Shown here piece by piece: positions 25,035 to 39,014 of a stretch of 64,000 nucleotides of DNA. The notes under the pieces were generated by a model. That model saw only the letters and a program-made list of their open reading frames with translations. It did not search any database and had not been told where the DNA came from. Source of the DNA: Mobula hypostoma (taxonomy: Eukaryota); contig NC_086118.1 of assembly GCF_963921235.1 (NCBI RefSeq), positions 12,278,001 to 12,342,000 on the forward strand, given 5' to 3'. The stretch's first letter is position 1, and the number at the start of each line of letters is the position of its first letter. Both the position numbers and the translations under genes were made by a program.

Positions 25035-27929
25035 GCCTTTCAACATTTGCTAGGTTTCAATGAGATCCCCCTTCACTTATCTAAATTCCAGTGAGTACAG
25101 GCCTAGAGATTTCAATTGCTGCTCATATGATAACCCTTTCATTTTCGCGAGCCTTCTCTGAACCCTCTCCAATATCAGCACATCCTTTCTTAAATGCAGA
25201 TGCTGAAAATCTGAAATAAGAACAGAAAGTGCTGGAAATACTCAACAGGCCAGGTTGCAATGTTAATGCTTCAGATCTGAGGTTGTTCAATCAAACTAAC
25301 AAGGAGAGAAATAAGTTGATCTGGCCAGCAGTGAAGGTAGAGGCAGGCAACAGGTAGAATGTCAGAAATTTCTTCAATAAGGTGAACTAATGGGGAAGTA
25401 AAGGGACCCATGATTGTTGTACCACCCTTGGCAGTAAACATTAAAGTTCACGGTGCACCATCTATGTCTTTGCGTTATTGGAGTTCCCTCAATGTAGTGC
25501 TTGGCACTCAGAAGTACTGATTGATTCATTAAGGGAGAGTGGACAGTAGGTAGTAATCAGATGAATCTCATTTCTAAGGTTTGATGGAATACCATGTGAC
25601 TTCAGGGTTAATGTTGAGAAATCCCACTGACATTCCATGATGACACACAAACCAGTCATCACCTCTGGTGGATTTGGCTGATTAGTAAGATCACGATGAT
25701 AATGGAGCTTTGAACAAAGGTTGAAAGGCAACATTTTGAGTATGACTCTGTCAAACTCTTTCTTGGAATGCACTAATGCACTATCCTATAAGATTTTGGT
25801 GTGGGTCCCAGGTAGAAGTGAGAAGGACTTTGCTGAGTGGACAAGTGCACATGTATCATTGAGGTGTTTGAATTGGGTGCCGGTTGATCTGGGCAGTTTT
25901 GTTGTGTTATCATAGTTTTAGTGCAGTCAGTCACATTGCTATTAGTCAGCAGTCACCAGGCAAGGACATAGAAGCTTCATCCCGAAAGGACGTCAGAGAA
26001 GCAGATGGGTTTTTATGACAATTTAGTCAGTTTCATAGCCACTATTACTATACTGATTTTACATTGCAGATTTATTTAATTAAACAATTTGAATTCCTCA
26101 GCTGCTGTGGCGAGATTTAAAGGTATAATTCAAGATCATTAGACTTCCTTCTATTTACATATGTTAGAGTACCAATTTATCTCAAGGTGTTGTTGAAAAA
26201 TAGAAACTTAACTGGAATAGCCACAGGCTATAAAATGAGTGCCCTTGCTCCTCAATCTGTCTGCTCCAACCGTTCAATCAGACAGCCTCTCTTCCATCCC
26301 GTTAGAGGTATGATGGACTAATTGTGACCAGTCTGAATGGCTCAAGTGTGCCAGTGGTCATGCTGGAACAGTTTTCTCCACTGCTGGCCAGAGTTAATGA
26401 TTGGCTTGTGATCATTGTGCAGCGGCATCAAGGTTTCTCAACATAAACTCTGAAATCTCAGGGTTTTCAGGTTAAGCCTTACAAATCAGACTTGTGTGAT
26501 CTCCACCTCCGGCGCAAATGAACTGAGCATTTCAAGCATTTTTTTTTCCTGTTGCAAAATAAACTACAGCTAACTTTTTTGCCAAATCCAAATCTATCTA
26601 AAAATAGTTAGGATTGGGAAGTGTTCTGCCTCTAGAGGTACTGTTTATTTTGTATGCCATTCATTTTGTACAAACATCACTTCCTGTTCATAAGCTGTTA
26701 TTTACATTATTTTCTGTTGGGTTAATTTGGATTTTGACTTGGAGCAAACATTGTAGAAAGACATCCATCTCCATGTACTCTTTATTTGCTCTTGAAACAG
26801 CAATATTTATGAGTCTTAAGCTTTCTTAATATTGGAAAAAATAGCAGCTGTACGTTGAACATAAGAACATAAAGAAGGATTATGTTTGTTGTTTAAGCTA
26901 TTGCTGCACCACAAGTTCACTCTGGACAACAGCATAGCTATGGAACGTTGCATCTGTGTATTACCCTGTTTAATGCTGATCAACTGAGTAATCAATAACA
27001 TTGGTATATTCAAGAGTGCAACAATTCTGTATGGAATCTAATATATTTTACTTAACTTTCTGCAGTTTCACAATGCTTTTCTCATTTAAAACCCTGAAGA
27101 AAGCTTCCAGCTCAGGGGTTTTATGAGAAGATATTTAACTCCCTACCTAGGCTGGTACACATGCACTGCAAGGGCAGTCGAAGTTGTGTACTTGAAAGGT
27201 TGTTTGACAATAAATGGCAATAGATCAGTGAAACAGCCAGAGTGGTAATATAATTTTACTGATCCAGAAAAGCCCGTTATATGTTGATGTGTGACAACAC
27301 CCAACCCTGATATTCTCTTTTCTCCATTCTTCCACCAGGCAGCCTGACAGCACCTATCACGAGGCTCAAGGACAGCTTCTATTCCATTGTTATAAAACTA
27401 GTAAATAGTTCCCTAGTGTTTTTTTACTGTCTTGACCTCACAATTATGATCTAGTAGCTTATTGTTGAACTGCACTGCATTTTCTCTATAGCTGTTACAT
27501 TTCATTTTGCATTCTGTCTTTACTTTATTTCATCTCAGCTCACTGTGTAATGATCTGATCTGTATGAACAGTAGGCAAGGAAACTTTTCATTGAATCTTG
27601 GCATATGTGACAATAATAAAGCAATTCCAATTCTAATTCTTGACCCAAAACATCAACTGTCCATTCCTACCACAATTGCTGCCTGACCTGCTGAGTTCCT
27701 TCAGCAGCTCTTTTTATTTGGTCTAGCTTCCAGCATCTACATTCTCATGTGTCTCAGTAGCTTGTTATTGGTTTGACCTTGAGAGAACAGTGGCTCTACT
27801 TTAGTTGGAAAGTATGGGTCTCAGCCCACTGGGGCTGCATCCATCATCAGGCACTCATTTGCACGAATCTGTGTTTTATTCTCCCCAAATTCCCTTCGAC
27901 TGCCCCCAGATTCTCATCAACAGACTAAG

Positions 27930-28130
27930 AGCAATTCGAGTAGCCAAATTGCTGACCAATCTGCATCTCTTTTCAATGTGGAAGAAAAGCAGTGTACATG
28001 GAGGAAACCCATGCTATCACTGGGAGAACATGGAGACTCCACACAGATGATGCCAGAGGTCAGGATCGAACACTTGGCTTCTGGAGTTGAGAAGCAGTGC
28101 CTCTGCCAACTTTGCCACAGTGCTGCCCAA
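27930..28130 (-). mobile_element. tRNA-derived V-SINE (HE1-like)
   Basis: Minus strand GGCAGCACTGTGGC...GTTCGATCCTGACC...TGTGTGGAGTCTCCATGTTCTCCC (A/B boxes, V-domain); related copy near 63490-63600. Confidence 0.7.
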
Positions 28131-28901
28131 GTCCCCATGTCGTGTTGCCTTGACTTTGGCTGCTCTGAAGCATAATCTGGCAATTGAGATGAACCAAATC
28201 TGCTCCTCGTCCACCATTGGTCCAGCAACCTCCATTATAGATTCCCAGAGTCATTGAGAAGTACAGCACAGAAAGAGGTCTTTCAGTTCATCTTGTCCAT
28301 GCTGAAATCATTTAAACTGCCTACTCCCATCGACCTGCACCTTGGCCATAGCCCTCCTTCCCCCTACCATCCAAGTACCTATCCAAACTTCTGTTAAATG
28401 TTAAAATCGAACTTGCATTCGCCATTTGTGCTGGCAGCCTCATTCCACACTCTCATAATCATGTAGGTGAAGAGGTTTCCCCTCATGTCCCCCATAAACT
28501 TTTCAACTTGCACCCTTAACCCATGACCTCTGATTGTAGTCCCACCCAAGCTCAGTGAAAAAAGCCTACTTCAGCTTAACCTGTCTATACACCTCATCAT
28601 TTTGTATACCTCTATAAAATCTCTCAATTTTCTACTCTCCAAGGAATAAAGTCCTAATGTATTCAATCTTTCCTTATACCTCAGGTCCTGCATACCCAGC
28701 AACGTCCTTGTAAATTTTCTCTTTACTTTTTCAACCTTATTTACATCTTTCCAGTAGGACCCCAGAACTGGACACAATACTCCAAATTAGACCTCATCAA
28801 TGCGTTATACAGCTTCAACATATCATCCCATTTCCTGTACTCAATACTTTCATTTATGAAGGCCTGAAGCTTTCTTTACAACCCTCTCTACATGTGACAC
28901 C

Positions 28902-29771
28902 TGTTACATACCTCATGGGTATCTTGTGACTGTCTTATGACCTTGATGTAATTGAGTATCTGATGAGCATGATGTAATGTTCTTGTGGAGGTCACATGAT
29001 GTAATTTTCCTGCCGACGCGAGGTTACGTGATGACATGTTCTCACCAGGGATATAAAGGGAGACCCCTGGTGTGATGCAGTTAGTTTTTCCAGTTGAGTT
29101 TTAAGTTTAGTTCGTTATTTAATTCGTCAGATACTCAGTTATGCTATGTATTCGTCTTATGAAGCAGTTTCGTTTTAGAGTGGAGTTCTACTTTCTATTG
29201 TAAGTAGTGTTGGAGAGTGAAGACCTTACTAACGTACAGGAACTCGCAGAGTCGAGTAAAGCTGATGTCGTTCGGCGGTATTGGAGAGGATCGACCTTTA
29301 TTGAACCTTCGTTCAAGAAATAGTGACCTGTATCTGAGATATCCTGTGCTAAAGCAGGAAGAATTGTGCAGTGTCTATCCTCCAGAGGAAAAGGTCAGTT
29401 CCTTTAAACCGTTTTATTTCCGTCATCGTGAATCCTGCGGACAAGGCAGGTTCCGGCTGGGATCAGCAGTAATATCATGTCTTCGAAGAACTCTTCACTT
29501 CCGGAAAATCTCTCCTAATTGACTGTATAAGTCTCTTGGACTTTCGAATTTACCATTCTAAGAACTGTGTTTGAATTTACCTCATTAAGAACTGTTTTCA
29601 CATTTAGCCTTTTAAGAACTGTTCCGAAGTTGCCATATAGCAGTTAACTTCCGGTTAAATTAGTTGTTTGAATTTTTTTTTCGCTATTGTTGATCAGAGT
29701 TTAATAAATGTTTGGTTGTTTTTATAAAACCTGACTCAATTGATACATTCATTGTTGCCGGTCATGTGACA
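28902..29771 (+). mobile_element. Solo LTR (Gypsy-like)
   Basis: TGTTAC...GTGACA termini; 4-bp TSD CACC/TACC; TATA-like GATATAAAG near 29050; AATAAA at 29703; CR1 sequence resumes after it. Confidence 0.8.
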
Positions 29772-30827
29772 TACCATTTTCAAAGAATTATAGACCTATA
29801 TTCCCAGATCTCTTTGTTCTACCACACTCTTCAGTGCCCTAGCGTTCATTGTGTAAGACCTACCCTGGTTGGTCCTACCATAGCGCAACACCTCACTCAT
29901 GCCTGCATTAAATTCCATTTCCCATTCTTAGCCCATTTTCCAGTTGATGCCAATTCCTCTGCAAGACTTGATAGCCTTCCTCGCTGTCCACTATACCCCC
30001 AAAACTTGGTGTCATCTGCAAATTCGCTGATCCAGTTAAGCACATTATCATCTAGATCATCGATATAGACTACAAACGTCAAAGGATCCAGCAATGATCC
30101 CTGGGGTACACCGCTAGTCACAGGCTGCCGGTCAGAGAGACAACTATCTACTAGCACGCTCATGTTTTTCCCACAAGGTCAATGTTTTATCCAATTTACT
30201 ACCTCATCATGAATGCCTAGCGACTGAACCTTGACCAACCTCCCATGCAGGCCCTTGTTAAATGCCTTACTAAAGTGCATGTAGACAACATCCACTGCCT
30301 TGCTTTCATCCACTTTCGTGGTAACTTCCTCAAAAAACTCTGTAAGATTGGTTAGACATCATCTACCATGCAGGAAGCCATGCTGACTATCCTTAATCGG
30401 CCCATGTCTATCCAAGTGCTTATATATCCAGTCCCTTAGAATACCTTCCAATAACTTTCCCACAGCTGATGTCAGACTCACCAGCCTATAATTTCCTGGT
30501 TTATGTTGAGCGCATTTTTAAACAGCAGAATGACATTGGCTCTCCTTCCATCCTCTGATAACTCTCCTGTCGTTAAGAGTTATTTAAATATCTCTGCTAA
30601 GGCCCTGGCATTTTCTGTACTTTCCTCTCGTAGGTTCTGAGGGAATACTATGTGGCAGACTCTGGGGATTTATCTACCCTGACTTGCCTCAGGATAATAA
30701 ACAATCTTGTCCTCTGTAATCTGTTCAGGGTCCATGAAGTTGCTGCTGCTTTGCATCGCTTCTATAGACTCTCTGTCCATCTCTTGAGTAAATACAGATG
30801 CAAAAAACTTACCTAATATCTCCCCCA

Positions 30828-31090
30828 CATAAAAATTGCTGGTGAACGCAGCAGGCCAGGCAGCATCTATAGGAAGAGGTACAGTCGACATTTCAGGCTG
30901 AGACCCTTTGTCAGGACTAACTGAAAGAAGAGATAGTAAGAGATTTGAAAGTGGGAGGGGGGAGGAAGATCTGAAATGATAGGAGAAGTCAGGAGGGGGA
31001 GGGATGGAGCCAAGAGCTGGACAGGTGATTGGCAAAAGGGATATGAGAGGATCATGGGACGAGAGGCCTAGGGAGAAAGAAAGGGGAGCC
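30828..31090 (-). mobile_element. Penelope pLTR insertion with TSD
   Basis: ATCTCCCCCA duplicated on both flanks (near 30818 and 31095). Confidence 0.8.
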
Positions 31091-32589
31091 TCTAGATCTC
31101 CCCCATCTGTTTTGGCACCACACATGAATTCTTGTCTTCCAGAGGATCAATTTTGTTCCTTGCAATCTTTTAACTCTTAACATATCTGTAGAATCCCTTA
31201 GGATTCTCCTTCATGTTCTCTACTAGAGCAACTTCATTCTTTCTTTTAGCCTTCCTGATTTCTTTCTTAAGTGTTATTTTGGATTTCTTATATTCTATAA
31301 GCACCTCATTTGTTCCTACCTACCTATACTTGCTATGCACCTCTTCTTTTTTTTAACTAATGTCTCAATATCTCTTGAAAACCAAGGTTCCCTACTCTTG
31401 TTATCTTTACCTTTTATTCTGAGAAGCACATATAAGCTTTTTACTCTTAAAATTTCGCTTTTGTAGTCCTCCCACTTACCAAGTACACCTTTGCCAGAAA
31501 GCAGCCTGTCCCAATCCACACTTGCCAGATCATTTCTGATACCATCAAGATTTGCCTTTTTCTAATTTAGAATCTGAACCCACGGACAAAACCTATCTTT
31601 TTGCATATTTACTTTGAAACTAGTGGAATTGTGTTCACTAGATTTAAAGTGTTCCTCTACACAAACTCTATCATCTGTCCTGTCTCATTCTCTAATAGCA
31701 GATCCTGTATTGCACACTCTCTCATTGGGACTTCTAAATACTGATGAAGGAAACTTCCCTGAACATATTTGACAAACTCTATCCCATCTAGTCCTTTTAC
31801 AGTGTGGGATTTTGCCAACTCTCATTTTGTCAACAAAGGATGCCAATAATTTTGTTTTCAATCCTTAATTGACATGCAGTCCCCTCAGCCCAATGCATTG
31901 TTTTGTTAATAGCTTCCTGAAAGTTAAAAGGCCACTATGAGACACTCAGGTTTCACACAGCATGTAGACTTCCACCATGGACTTGTAGATCAGGAAGTCT
32001 AGGCTAACTGCAAACAGAGATCTGTTCATTAATATTACTTTTGATGCTGAGAGAGTTGCATTGAAGATCCCGTTATGAATTAATGCTGCAATATCTTCAG
32101 GCCCCAAAGCAACTGTGAAAAAAATTACTGCAGTTGCTAACGTCTCATGACTAAAATATGAAAATTGTAATTTTTCAACAGGTCTTGTGGAACTGTTCAT
32201 TTTTAAAACTAATTTATTGACATAGTTCCAGCCACAGGTTTTAGTTGGTATTACTATTTTGAGAAAAATAAGGCAAATTGAGTAAGCTAAAATGGGACAT
32301 TGATTATAAGGTACATGCTGCTAGCTATATTGTATCTTCATCTCAAAGAATTCAAGGTGATTGAGTTGAAATAATTGAAGTTTTAAACCAATGTAAAAGA
32401 CAATTGTAGTAGTTTCTTTTGAAGTAGTTTCTGATTTAATAATAAAAGGTAGCCATGTCACAAAAATACTAAGGGCTTTATCTCTGTGCTTCTTGGATCT
32501 TTTACTACTGTTGATGTTCCTGTTTCTGTGGCCGAGGCATCCAGTGTCAGCTTCCATTATTCTCTGCTGTAGAGTGAAGAGCAAAGACA

Positions 32590-33325
32590 TAAGTGAGATT
32601 GCAAATGCTGGAAATCTGGAAGCAATCACAAACGTTGGAGGAATTCATCAGATCACGCAGCATCTATGAAGTGAAACAACAATCCATGTTTCAGGTTCAG
32701 ACTCTTCATCAGAACTGGAAAGAAAGAGGAGGTGGCTGACATAAAAAGGTCAGGGGGTGGGGGTCAGTGATGGAGCAAAAGCTGGCAGATGATAGATGGA
32801 TCCAGATGAGGGAGGATGATAGGCAGGCGAGGACAGGAAAGGGGGAATGATTTAGGAAGCTGGGAGGAGTTAGATGGAAGTGACAAAAGGTTGAAGAAGG
32901 CAGAATCTGATAGGAGAGGACAATGGACTATGAAATAAAGGGGACGAGGTGAGGGGTGAAAATGGAGGGAGGAAGGTGTGAGTGATGGGCAGAGCAAAAG
33001 CGAAGGGGAGGGGAAAATGATGGAGTGACGACGGGGCTAGTGGGATAAGGGGAAGAAAAGACGAGTGGTTACCAGAAGTTGGAGGAATTGATGTTTCATT
33101 ATGTTGGAGACTACCAAGGCTCTAAGCTAGGTGCTATTCTTCTAATTTACATTTAGCCACAACTAGGCAGAGGACAGTCATGGCAGAGTGGGAATTGGAA
33201 GTAGAATTAAAATGGGTGGCCACCGGGTTGCTACAGGAGACGAAACAGTGGTGCTAGATGAAGCAGTCCCCCAGTCTGCATCAGGTCTCTCTGATGTAGA
33301 GGAGGCTGCACTGGGAGCACCAGAT
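32590..33325 (-). mobile_element. Older Penelope 3' fragment
   Basis: pLTR with CTGATGA/GAAAC boxes at 32684-32715 and GIY-YIG remnant at 33100-33325. Confidence 0.75.
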
Positions 33326-36124
33326 GTAATAAATGAGCAAAGACATAGCACTCTATCCTAACCTTAAGTGCAGAAGGGCATCTGGATTGTATTGGCATAA
33401 TATTTGCATTGTTACATTAACCACCCATGTGGACTCTGAGAGACTGAGAACTTAGGGATTAAGTTGTGCATATTCTTATTATAATACAGCACAAACCAAG
33501 CCATTAGTGAAGTAAATCTCTACTATACCCACTGCCAAGAAGTCAATTTGCACACAGCAAGGTTCTGCAAACAGCACTGAGAGAAGTGATCATTTCATCT
33601 GTTTTTTTGTTTTAGTGCAATTGGCTAAGGGAAAAACGTCAGGCAGGGAGAACTCAGCTCCTTTTCAAATGATACCCCAGAAACTCATAAGACCATTCAT
33701 AAGGGCAGATGGGGCCTCAGTTTATTGTCCAATTCAATACTGATCACCAGTTTGCTCTGAATTATGGTAGCTTTGTACTGCAAATTTGACTCCACTGGGA
33801 AATGAGTGGAGACTGATCACATTAATCTGGGCTTGATTCCAACCTTAGATGCGGCAATGAGAGGACAATGTGCTCAATGTCAGTGGCTAACTGTTAAACT
33901 CTACCAAAGGGAAATCTGGTACTTTAATTCCTGTAGAATGAGCCTTCAGAAATAGAATCATAAATCAGGAACCCAGGAATAGCAATCAACATACTCTGTT
34001 TATGGCGAAATATTTCAGTCTGTTTAACAAAAATTATCTGTCCTGGAATACTAAACAAAGAGAGGACGGGCTTGGTTTCAGAAGGATTTGTGACTTTAAA
34101 GCCTCATTTTTTTAAAATTCTGCTTGCTCCTTTGACTTGATAGATATTGGTTAATATGACTGAGAATTAATGAGAAGCGAAAAGTGCCACAGGATAAAAT
34201 TGAATAAAATATTTGGTCCAGACTTATGTTGCTGTATATAATTGATCTTACTCTCTTTGTTGTTACTGAAATGGTAATGGTTATAAGGGAGGTGAATTTG
34301 GCTGCATAATCACCTGTTGTACAGGAATAATCATGCATATTTATCTCTGGCAAGCAGCTGAATATTTATTTTACAAGTTCCTTTTGGAATGAGGCCAGTA
34401 GTTATCACCCATTCCTGGTTTTGTTGCAGCAGGATCATTTGCTACACCAATTGGGTAGTGATTGTTCAGAGCTGACCCCTATGATATGGAGTTCGAGTCA
34501 TGTGTAGGTCAGTCTATGCAAAGAAACAGACTTCCTTTTGTGATGGATATTAATGTTCCAAATGGGAGCTATGACAATGTGACAGCTAGTACTAATAGCC
34601 CCTCTTTATTTCACATGTTTGTTAAACTGATTTAAAAACTTGAAGCTGACAAGTTTGAATTCAGATTCAACTTGATTATTATTGCAGGTAATTAGTGACT
34701 GGTAATTGGTTTATTATTGTCACATCTACTGATACGCAGTGAAATGCTTTGTTTTGCATGCCATCCACATCAGATAATTTCAACACATAAGTACATCATG
34801 GTAGTGCAAAGGGAAAAGTGAAAAAAAGGACGTATTTAGCATATTTGTTTACTAACATCATCAGTAAATGCAGAGAGTCCTTTAGTTAGGAGCTGACACT
34901 GTGAGATTCAGCTGACAGAAAGTCTTTGTCAGTCACATCATGACTTGGACTGTAAGCAATATTATGCGTTTGTGTCTGTGAGAGAGAATTGTGGTTTGGT
35001 GTTCAGGGAGGTAGAAGGTGGATTCTGTGCAGGATGTGAAGTAGTTTGATGGATAGTCAGTGCCAGGTACCTGTTGTACAAGTGAAGAAAATGCCTCTCT
35101 TGAGAGAGGGATCACAAGCATCATTTTAAAAAATCTCTAGACTAGTACTCTTCCCATTCTTCCTCTTTAAATTTAAGCCCAATATCTCATTTTTGCCTGG
35201 CAGCAACTCTCATTCAAGCAACAACAAAGTTGTGAAATTCACATATTTAGGATCAATGTCCTCCATGACTATCAAGAGAAATACTGCAGATGCTGGAAAC
35301 ACTCAGCAGGTCAGGCAGCATCTGTGAAAAGAAAAACTGAGATAACTTTTCCCATCCAAAACCTTTTGTCGTAGCTAGAAAGGGAAGGGATTGAAGCATT
35401 AAACATATTTCATTCCATGTTTATTTCCTGGCCTGTTGAGTATTTCCCAAATGTTCTCTTTTGGTCTTTCAAGGTTTTATCCATTTCAGTCCCCGTATCA
35501 TCAGTAACATTTAAAATCTCCAAGAACTTTGCATTACGACTTCCTCCAATCCAGGAGCTGCAACTGTAGTTTTAGTTGTCTTGCTCCTGGGCTATACAGT
35601 TTCCTACAGAAGTCTTTCTGTTTCCTCTTCTATGAAGACAATTCCAAAGTTCGGCCTCTCTGACCAATTTATTGGTCAGCTTCCCAACACCTCAGCTCCT
35701 GTCACATTGTTCACTGTGTTTGATGAGGCTCTTTGGGATTTTATTAAACATTCAAGGGATGGCGATGACTCTGGCATTTAATGCTGATCCTCATTACCTT
35801 GAATCTGAGAGACAGATAATAGTCAACTGCAATAACGGGGCAAAATTAGACTGACAAATAAGGATGTCAGATTTCCTTTCCTGAAGGTCATTGATGAACT
35901 AGATGGGTTTTTAACAACCATCTACAAAATTCACGGTTACTGTTGCTGATAACAGGTTTTTAACTCTAGATTTGTTTAATTACATATATTTAAGTTCTAC
36001 AGCTGCCTTGCTGATATACAGTCTCTCGTCGCAATGTTTCAAGTATCATGATGCCAATATCCAATGAAGATATTGCCTTTTTGTTATATTTTCAGAGACA
36101 TGTTATTAGTTGGTATGCTGTTAT

Positions 36125-36835
36125 ACCAACTCTTTAGATTCTGGATTAGTTCCTGAGGATTGGAGGGTGGCTAATGTAACCCCACTTTTTAAAAAAGGAG
36201 GGAGAGAGAAACCGGGGAATTATAGGCCGGTTAGCCTGACATCGGTGGTGGGGAAAATGCTAGAGTCAGTTATCAATGATGTGATAATAGCACATTTGGA
36301 AAGCAGTGAAATAATCGGACAAAGTCAGCATGGATTTGTGAAAGGAAAATCATGTCCGACGAATCTCATAGAATTTTTTGAGGATGTAACTAGTAGAGTG
36401 GATAGGGGAGAACCAGTGGATGTGGTATATTTGGATTTTCAAAAGGCTTTTGACAAGGTCCCACACGGGAGATTAGTATGCAAACTTAAAGCACACGGTA
36501 TTGGGGGTATGGTATTGATGTGGATAGAGAATTGGTTGGCAGACAAAAGACAATAGACAATAGGTGCAGGAGTAGGCCATTCGGCCCTTCGAGCCAGCAC
36601 CGCCATTCACTGTGATCATGGCTGATCATCCACAGGTGGGTGAGTGGGCAAATTCATGACAGGAAGCAAAGAGTGGGAATAAACGGGACCTTTTCAGAAT
36701 GGTAGGCAGTGACTAGTGGGGTACCGCAAGGCTCAGTGCTGGGACCCAGTTGTTTAAAATATATAATGATGACTTAGATGAGGGAATTAAATGCAGCATC
36801 TCCAAGTTTGTGGATGACACAAAGCTGGGCGGCAG
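36125..36835 (+). mobile_element. CR1 RT internal fragment
   Basis: PGNYRPVSLTSVVGK...YLDFQKAFDKVPH...VPQGSVLG...KFVDDTK. Confidence 0.9.
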
Positions 36836-37258
36836 TTGTCATCGCAATAGTAGTCACCAAGCAATTTGTATTCCGGAAGGACATAAGGAAATCAATGAGA
36901 AAGTGGAGTCCCTCGTAAACTGGGGAGTGGGGGGTTCTTCATCCTGCTTCATCCTCTTGTAATAGCCCTGTTCGACCAGTTTGGAAACCTGATAGTTCAT
37001 GGTTCATGACTGTTAATTATCATCAGTTATGTCAGTTTGCCCCTCCATTGTCCACAACTGTTCCATACATTGTGACCCTGATTGAGGACCTTTCCAGTGT
37101 TACTGACATTTATTAATCTGTTATTGATTTGTCTAAAGCTTTCTTTTCCATCCCTATTGCTGAGCTGTCCCAAAATCAGTTTGCTTTCACATGGAACCGA
37201 CAAGTTTTACATGACTTCTGCAGCAATATGTCCATAGTCCTACTATTTGCCATAGTGT

Positions 37259-39014
37259 CACACGCAGAGTGCGGGAGGAACTCAGCAGGCCAGGCAGCAT
37301 CTATTGAAAAGAGTGCAGTCAGTGTTTCAGGCTGAGCCCTTCGGCAGGACTGTAGAAAAAAAAAAGATGAGTAGATTTAGAAAGTGGGTGAGGGGAGAGA
37401 GAAAAACACAAGGTGATAGGTGAAACCGGGAGGGGGAGTGATGAAGTAAAGTGCTAGGAAGTTGATTGGTGAAAGAGATATAGGGCTGGAGAAGGGGGAG
37501 TCTGATAGGTAATGATAGAAGGCTATGAAAGAAAGAAAAGGGGAGAGGAGCACCAGAGAGAAGTTAAGGGCAGGCAAGGAGATAAGGTGACAGAAGGAAA
37601 AGGGGATGGGCAATGGAGAAGGAGGGGGGGCCATTACCAGAAGTTTTCCACCCTGCCCTCAAATTTATCTGGTCCATTTCTGACACCTCCCTCTCCTCTC
37701 TTGATCTCTCTGTCTGTCTTTGGAGACAGCTTATCCACTGACGTCCATTATAAACCCACAGGCTCTCACAGCTACCTGGACTATACCTCTTCCCACCCTG
37801 TTCCTCGTAAAAACGCTATCCCCTTCTCACAATTCATCTGTCTCTGCCCCATCTGCTCTCAGGATGAGGCTTTCCATTCTAGAAGGAAAGAGATGTCTTT
37901 CTTTTTCAAAGCAATAGTCTTTCCTTCCTCCACCATCAATGCTGTCCTCAATCGCATATCTGCCATTTCACACACACCTGCTCTTACCCCATCCTACCGC
38001 CACCCTACCAGGGTAGGGTTCCTCTTGTCCTCACCTACCACCCCACCAGCCTTGGTGTCCAGCACATAATTCTCCGGGACTTCCACCATCTCCAACTGGA
38101 TCCCACCACCAAGCACATCTTTCCCACCCCTCCCCACCATTTTTTGCTCTCCACAGGGATCACTTCCTACAGGAATCCCTTGACCATTCGTCCCTCCCCA
38201 CTAAGATCCCTCCTGGCACTTATCCTTCCAAGCAGAACAAGTGCTACACCTGCCCCTACACCTCCTCCCTCACTACTATCCAGGGCCCTAAACAGTCCTT
38301 CCAGGTGAGGCGACACTTCACTGTGGGTCCACTTCATTGGGGTCATTTACTGTGTTTAGTGCTCCCGCTGTGGCCTCTTATCTATCGGTGAAACCCAACG
38401 TAGATTGGGAGACGGCTTTGCTAAGCACCTACTACCAGAAGTAGAGGGGTCTCCCAGTGGCCACCCATTTTAGTTCCATTTCCCATCCCCATTCTGATAT
38501 GTCAATCCATGGTCATCTCTACTGTCATGATGAGGTCACACCAAGGTTGGAGGAACAACACTTTGTATTCCATCTGGATAGCTTCCAAGCTGATGGCATG
38601 AACATTGAATGCTCGAACTTCTGGTAAGGCTGCACCCTTCTCCTCACCATTTCCCATCCCCTTTTCCTTCTCTTACCTTATCTCCTTGCCTGCCCATCAC
38701 CTCCCTCTGATGGTCCTCCTCCTTTCGTTTCTTCCATGGCCCCATTCTACAGCCTTGTATCTCAATTGATTTCCCAGCTCTTTACTTCATCCCTCCCACT
38801 CCAGGTTTCACCTATCACTTTCTGTTTCTTTCTCCCCTCCCCCACTTTTTAAATCTACTCCTCATTTTTTTATCTCCAGTCCTGCCAAAGGGTCTTGACC
38901 CGAAACATCGACTGTACTTTTTTTCCATAGATTCTGATTGGCCTGCTGAATTCCTCCAGCATTTTGTGTGTGTTGCTTGGAGTTCCAGCATCTCCACATT
39001 TTACCTTGTTTGTG
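37259..39014 (+). mobile_element. Penelope element (RT C-terminus + GIY-YIG + pLTR) preceded by an inverted pLTR; 14-bp TSD
   Basis: STDVHYKPTGSHSYLDYTSSHP; CSRCGLLSIGETQRRLGD; inverted pLTR at 37259-37645; TSD ATTTG(C/T)CATAGTGT at 37245-37258 and 39015-39028. Confidence 0.9.

Larger units (their letters stand above)
28250..31810 (-). mobile_element. Degraded CR1 LINE ORF2 with nested solo LTR and Penelope insert
   Basis: VTSGVPQGSLL...FADDTK (29897-30163), FFASVFT, 3' end ORF 28571-28777. Confidence 0.88.
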
